DNA of 35,503 nucleotides, taken from IMG/VR virus record IMGVR_UViG_3300031539_000145; one strand, 5' to 3'. Shown one piece after another: positions 32,604 through 35,503 of the stretch. The notes below the pieces were generated by a model that made no database searches, was not told where the DNA came from, and worked only from the letters and a program-made list of their open reading frames with translations. The position numbers and the translations under genes were made by a program. This DNA is from a virus. Numbering within the stretch: position 1 is the first letter of the stretch; each line of letters begins with the position of its first letter.

Positions 32604-32930
32604 TCACAGTTTGAACACCTTTGCAACAACAACACTGATGCCAAGAGTGATGACTGCAAGAATAATTGCCCAAGCTCTTTTTTCTTGTCTGCCAGTTTCT
32701 TTCTCAAGGTTCTGCACCTTGATGGTTGTGCCTGCTTTGAAGTCAAGCATTTCTCTTGTTGTCTTCTGACAATGTTTGAGTTGAGCAGTTTGCTCATTTC
32801 TGATTATGTCCACTGACCTGCCAAGACCAGTGAGCTTCTCTTCCATGAGCCTCTCTTGTGCTTCCATTGCCTTCTGCATTGGCTCTGCAATAAGTTTGTG
32901 AAAACTGTCAAAGTCATCTTTGTCAAGCAT
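32604..32930 (-). CDS. Tail-anchored membrane protein (108 aa); holin-like candidate
   Basis: Single C-terminal TM helix (AWAIILAVITLGISVVVAKVF). AGGGAG + 8 nt + ATG. It is adjacent to the lipoprotein gene. Confidence 0.45.
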   Translation of the reverse strand: MLDKDDFDSFHKLIAEPMQKAMEAQERLMEEKLTGLGRSVDIIRNEQTAQLKHCQKTTREMLDFKAGTTIKVQNLEKETGRQEKRAWAIILAVITLGISVVVAKVFKL

Positions 32931-32945
32931 TGTTGCATCTCCCTG

Positions 32946-34598
32946 TCATACTGAAACCACTGCACCAAGGTCTTCAAGCACTCCACCTGAAATGTTCTTC
33001 ACTTTCGTCATGGTGGCACTGTCAAGAATGATGTCAATCTGAGTCTCTTTGCACTTGTATTTGCCGGGAAGACTGAACTGAATTGTGATTAGGTCAAGGT
33101 CAGGTGTGGCATCTTCGGCGGTTGTCTTCAAACCAATTGCAATGTCAAGAGTGCCGGGAGTGAAGAACAGAGCCCACTGAACAGCAGTCAGAGCTTCAAG
33201 CTCTGCCTGAGTGTTTCCATTGGTATGAATGTTTGCAAGAACCTCACTGACCCAAGCTGCACCATTCCATTTATTCCAAGTGTCTCTGCCATCCACTGAG
33301 AGCAAATATCTGAGCTGAGTATTGGCAGGCTCTGTCTGTCCAAAGGCAATTGACTTTATTGCATCCCAACCTGAAGTGTTGAGCTGATTGGTATTTGTGA
33401 GAACATACCAATTCCCGATAGGGTATCCAACATCTTCTCTGCCTGCACCACCATTCCAGCGAGATATTATTTCCTCTTGCGTCAATACTTTGTCATAAAT
33501 TAGAGCTTCATCTATTAAACCATTGAAGGAAAACTCTGCACCAGCTCTGCCGCTAATTTGGCAATTGCCTGAATTTAATATAGTGGCTGTCAAATTATTG
33601 TCTCCAATAACAGGTGCTGCATCAAGAATTGAATCGACATAAATTTTGACTCCACTCATATTAGAAGAACCATCATAGGTGACGACAACATGATGCCAAG
33701 CATCGTCATTCAAAATATCGCTGCCAGTAATATAACCTCTATTGCCAGTGGAGTTCGCCAGCAAAAATTGAACCTTGCCCCCGGCTGACAGATAAAACAT
33801 CCAGCCTCTGTAATACACCCACTTAGAAAAGATGACTTGAGTGACTCCTGCTGAAGTTTTTATCCATGCCTCAAAAGAAAATAATTCACTTCGCTCAAAC
33901 CCTGCTATATTGTCACAATTCACATATTGGTTGACACCATTAAAAGACAAGCAACTATTCAGTTTTCCGGCAACAGAAACGGGACTATTTGCAGGAGTTC
34001 CATCTCTTCCATTTCCAGAGGAATCTAAAACAGTTGCCCCTGTAGCTTCATTCAAGTGCCAATGGGTATAAGGAGAAAATGCCCCATGTGAAATGTGTAA
34101 ACTATCCCCTTCAAAACTGGTCTTGGTGCTGTCTTCTTGGATGAACTGCCCTTCATCTACTTCATCAAAATCCAAAGATGCATCGGTCTCAAGCTTGTCA
34201 TAATATACCTGCACAATTCTCTTGAAGAACTCATCTGTTGAATGAGTTATTTCCCAGATGGCTTGGTCTGCAAGACTTGACAAACTGAATCTTTGTTTGT
34301 CAGGATACCAATTGTTATTTTTGAAAGTGTGACACTCTTTCTCAGCCAAGCAAAAAACTCTGCCACCATCTCTGGGTTCTATGAAAAGCCAGATGCCCCC
34401 ACGCCACAATGCAATTTGCTTTTCATGACCTGACCATCCATCTGTTGCACCTGCAGGCACAACATAAGCATCTTCTTCTTCAGGGTCAATTGGTGGTGTG
34501 AGCAGGGTGCAACTGAGCACAAAGCCAGAAGAGCAAAACAGAGGCTTGTGACAACCATCTACTGAATGCTGTTCATAAAATGAAGTTCTCTCTGCCAT
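32946..34598 (-). CDS. Tail fibre / receptor-binding protein: N-terminal DUF2793-like domain + LamG (concanavalin A-like, Laminin_G_3) domain (550 aa)
   Basis: AGATDGWSGHEKQIALWRGGIWLFIEPRDGGRVF resembles DUF2793. HWHLNEATGATVLDSSGNGRDGT...FSFEAWIKT...DAWHHVVVTYDG...KIYVD...IDEALIYDKVLTQEEI is a textbook LamG_3 domain. GAGGA + 6 nt + ATG. Confidence 0.8.
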   Translation of the reverse strand: MAERTSFYEQHSVDGCHKPLFCSSGFVLSCTLLTPPIDPEEEDAYVVPAGATDGWSGHEKQIALWRGGIWLFIEPRDGGRVFCLAEKECHTFKNNNWYPDKQRFSLSSLADQAIWEITHSTDEFFKRIVQVYYDKLETDASLDFDEVDEGQFIQEDSTKTSFEGDSLHISHGAFSPYTHWHLNEATGATVLDSSGNGRDGTPANSPVSVAGKLNSCLSFNGVNQYVNCDNIAGFERSELFSFEAWIKTSAGVTQVIFSKWVYYRGWMFYLSAGGKVQFLLANSTGNRGYITGSDILNDDAWHHVVVTYDGSSNMSGVKIYVDSILDAAPVIGDNNLTATILNSGNCQISGRAGAEFSFNGLIDEALIYDKVLTQEEIISRWNGGAGREDVGYPIGNWYVLTNTNQLNTSGWDAIKSIAFGQTEPANTQLRYLLSVDGRDTWNKWNGAAWVSEVLANIHTNGNTQAELEALTAVQWALFFTPGTLDIAIGLKTTAEDATPDLDLITIQFSLPGKYKCKETQIDIILDSATMTKVKNISGGVLEDLGAVVSV

Positions 34599-34607
34599 CT
34601 TAAATCC

Positions 34608-35503
34608 TCAAACTGGTGGCTCAGGCACTATCATCAATCTTGGTTTCCATTCAGTGCACAGCAGTCTGTTGACAAGAGTGTCTTGAGCATGTGCAAACTC
34701 TCTGACAATATATTCAAAGATTATCAGACAGCCCCTGCCTGCAGCCAGTAAAGCACTGTATGGCACAATGGGCGCATCAGCATATCTCACAACCTGCTCT
34801 GTGCTGCCTGCAGGCACAGGGATTGTGAAGCTTCCAAGTGCCATCCCTGCTGTGCTCAAGTTGCCATTGGCATTGATGACTTTATAGGAATAAGGGAAAT
34901 AAGCATTGAGGGGTGACCCTGTTGGGTTGCTTGCAGAATATTTTATTCTGAAGCCCATGCCTTGACCTTCAACAATATCATGCAGCTCAGCATGTCCTGA
35001 GTATCCTGCAGGCTTGCCACCATTGACGAACTCATGACCAAGAATTGAAGTGCTTGGAATTCTCAGCACAGGTGGAAACCTGTAACTTGAAGTGTTCAGA
35101 GGTTCATAACATTCCCAATCAAAGACACTGTATTCAATTCCGGGGTGTGGCTCCTGAGGTCTCCATTCAACTGTTTCTCTGTCAAGTCTGGTGTCAAAGT
35201 TGGCAAGTCTTTCATCGCCAACCATTTCACCTACAATATGCAGACCTGTTGCCAAAGCTCCTGCAGGGGTGTCTGTGAAATAGATTCGGCCATCTTTGGC
35301 AACTGACCTGTGAACATGACAGTCATCTCTCAGATTCACCAAGCTGAAACCATCACCATCCTTGGTGACAATTGATACGTCATCATCTGTGAGCTGAACC
35401 AAGGTGCCCCACTGAGCAACTCTTCTCTTTGGTGGTGCAGGCTGCCAAACTCCATTGATTTCTTCAAAGTCTGAGCCCTTGCCAGCATCAGTGACCCAAC
35501 CAC
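34608..35503 (-). CDS. 3' part of the junction-spanning tail-tip/baseplate gene (continues from 509..1 across the genome junction)
   Basis: The frame of track ORF 34608..35402 stays open upstream to the window end (…GWVTDAGKGSDFEEINGVWQPAPPKRRVAQWGT-LVQLTDDD…). The track's TTG 'start' at 35402 is internal. Confidence 0.8.
   Translation of the reverse strand, partial: GWVTDAGKGSDFEEINGVWQPAPPKRRVAQWGTLVQLTDDDVSIVTKDGDGFSLVNLRDDCHVHRSVAKDGRIYFTDTPAGALATGLHIVGEMVGDERLANFDTRLDRETVEWRPQEPHPGIEYSVFDWECYEPLNTSSYRFPPVLRIPSTSILGHEFVNGGKPAGYSGHAELHDIVEGQGMGFRIKYSASNPTGSPLNAYFPYSYKVINANGNLSTAGMALGSFTIPVPAGSTEQVVRYADAPIVPYSALLAAGRGCLIIFEYIVREFAHAQDTLVNRLLCTEWKPRLMIVPEPPV
35377..35503. repeat. Terminal direct repeat, copy 2 (identical to 1..127)
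   Basis: Same comparison as copy 1. Confidence 0.95.

Noticed and set aside
32486-32797. The 103-aa minus-strand ORF that overlaps the 108-aa membrane protein gene
   Set aside because: It is out of frame and overlaps 32604..32930 for most of its length. It has no RBS, and its product is low-complexity and basic. The 114-nt stretch 32490..32603 is better read as an untranslated spacer carrying the RBS of the lipoprotein gene.
32946-34598. Diversity-generating retroelement targeting the fibre gene
   Set aside because: No reverse transcriptase gene and no template/variable repeat pair are present anywhere in the genome.
1-35503. Genome-wide reassignment of TGA (genetic code 4 or 25) as the explanation for the in-frame TGA at 31241
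   Set aside because: Many well-delimited genes end in TGA exactly where the next gene starts (ATGA/GTGA/TTGA overlaps at 6349, 5604, 15553, 17090, 28663, 28932, 29822, 30169, 30831 and 31462). Standard-code ORFs tile the genome without breaks, so TGA works as a stop here.

Overview
The window is one complete tailed-phage (siphovirus-like, HK97-fold) genome. Positions 1..127 are identical to 35377..35503, so the unit length is 35,376 bp, either circular or terminally redundant. One gene crosses that junction.

The genome has two transcription arms.
- **Leftward arm (minus strand, 16257 down to 1, wrapping to 35503 down to 31884).** It encodes small terminase, large terminase, a portal-MuF fusion, prohead protease, major capsid protein, three tandem paralogous head-module proteins and two tiny polybasic proteins. 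These are followed by connector/neck proteins, major tail protein, G/GT chaperones with a -1 slippery site, tape measure, tail-tip proteins, a DUF2793+LamG fibre and two membrane proteins.
- **Rightward arm (plus strand, 16779..31836).** It encodes early, recombination and nucleic-acid-modification genes:
  - a Topo VI-A/Spo11-like 'Mini-A' protein next to a GHKL ATPase;
  - a Cas4-like exonuclease, a putative annealing protein, an SbcC-like ATPase and RusA;
  - DUF4031, Gp37/Gp68, ASCH, a DNA methyltransferase and DUF4406.

The arms diverge at a roughly 520-bp control region (16258..16778) and converge at 31837..31883.

I found no tRNA, rRNA, CRISPR array, integrase, DNA polymerase, primase, helicase or recognisable endolysin.

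Many starts in the ORF track were re-set using a strongly conserved AGAAGGGAG ribosome-binding motif that sits about 6 nt upstream of the start. TTG and GTG starts and ATGA/GTGA/TTGA stop-start overlaps are common.

Main leads:
1. An unannotated 85-codon thioredoxin-fold gene (31208..31465) has its only internal stop, a TGA, exactly where the first Cys of the CxxC motif belongs. A hairpin lies downstream. This is a candidate phage selenoprotein.
2. The Mini-A + coiled-coil + GHKL ATPase trio.
3. I found no GATC anywhere in the window, while CCCGGG is about 4-fold over-represented.
4. A coupled DUF4031 / Gp37-68 / ASCH / MTase / Sec-Trx / DUF4406 operon.
5. A compositionally foreign LamG module inside the fibre gene.
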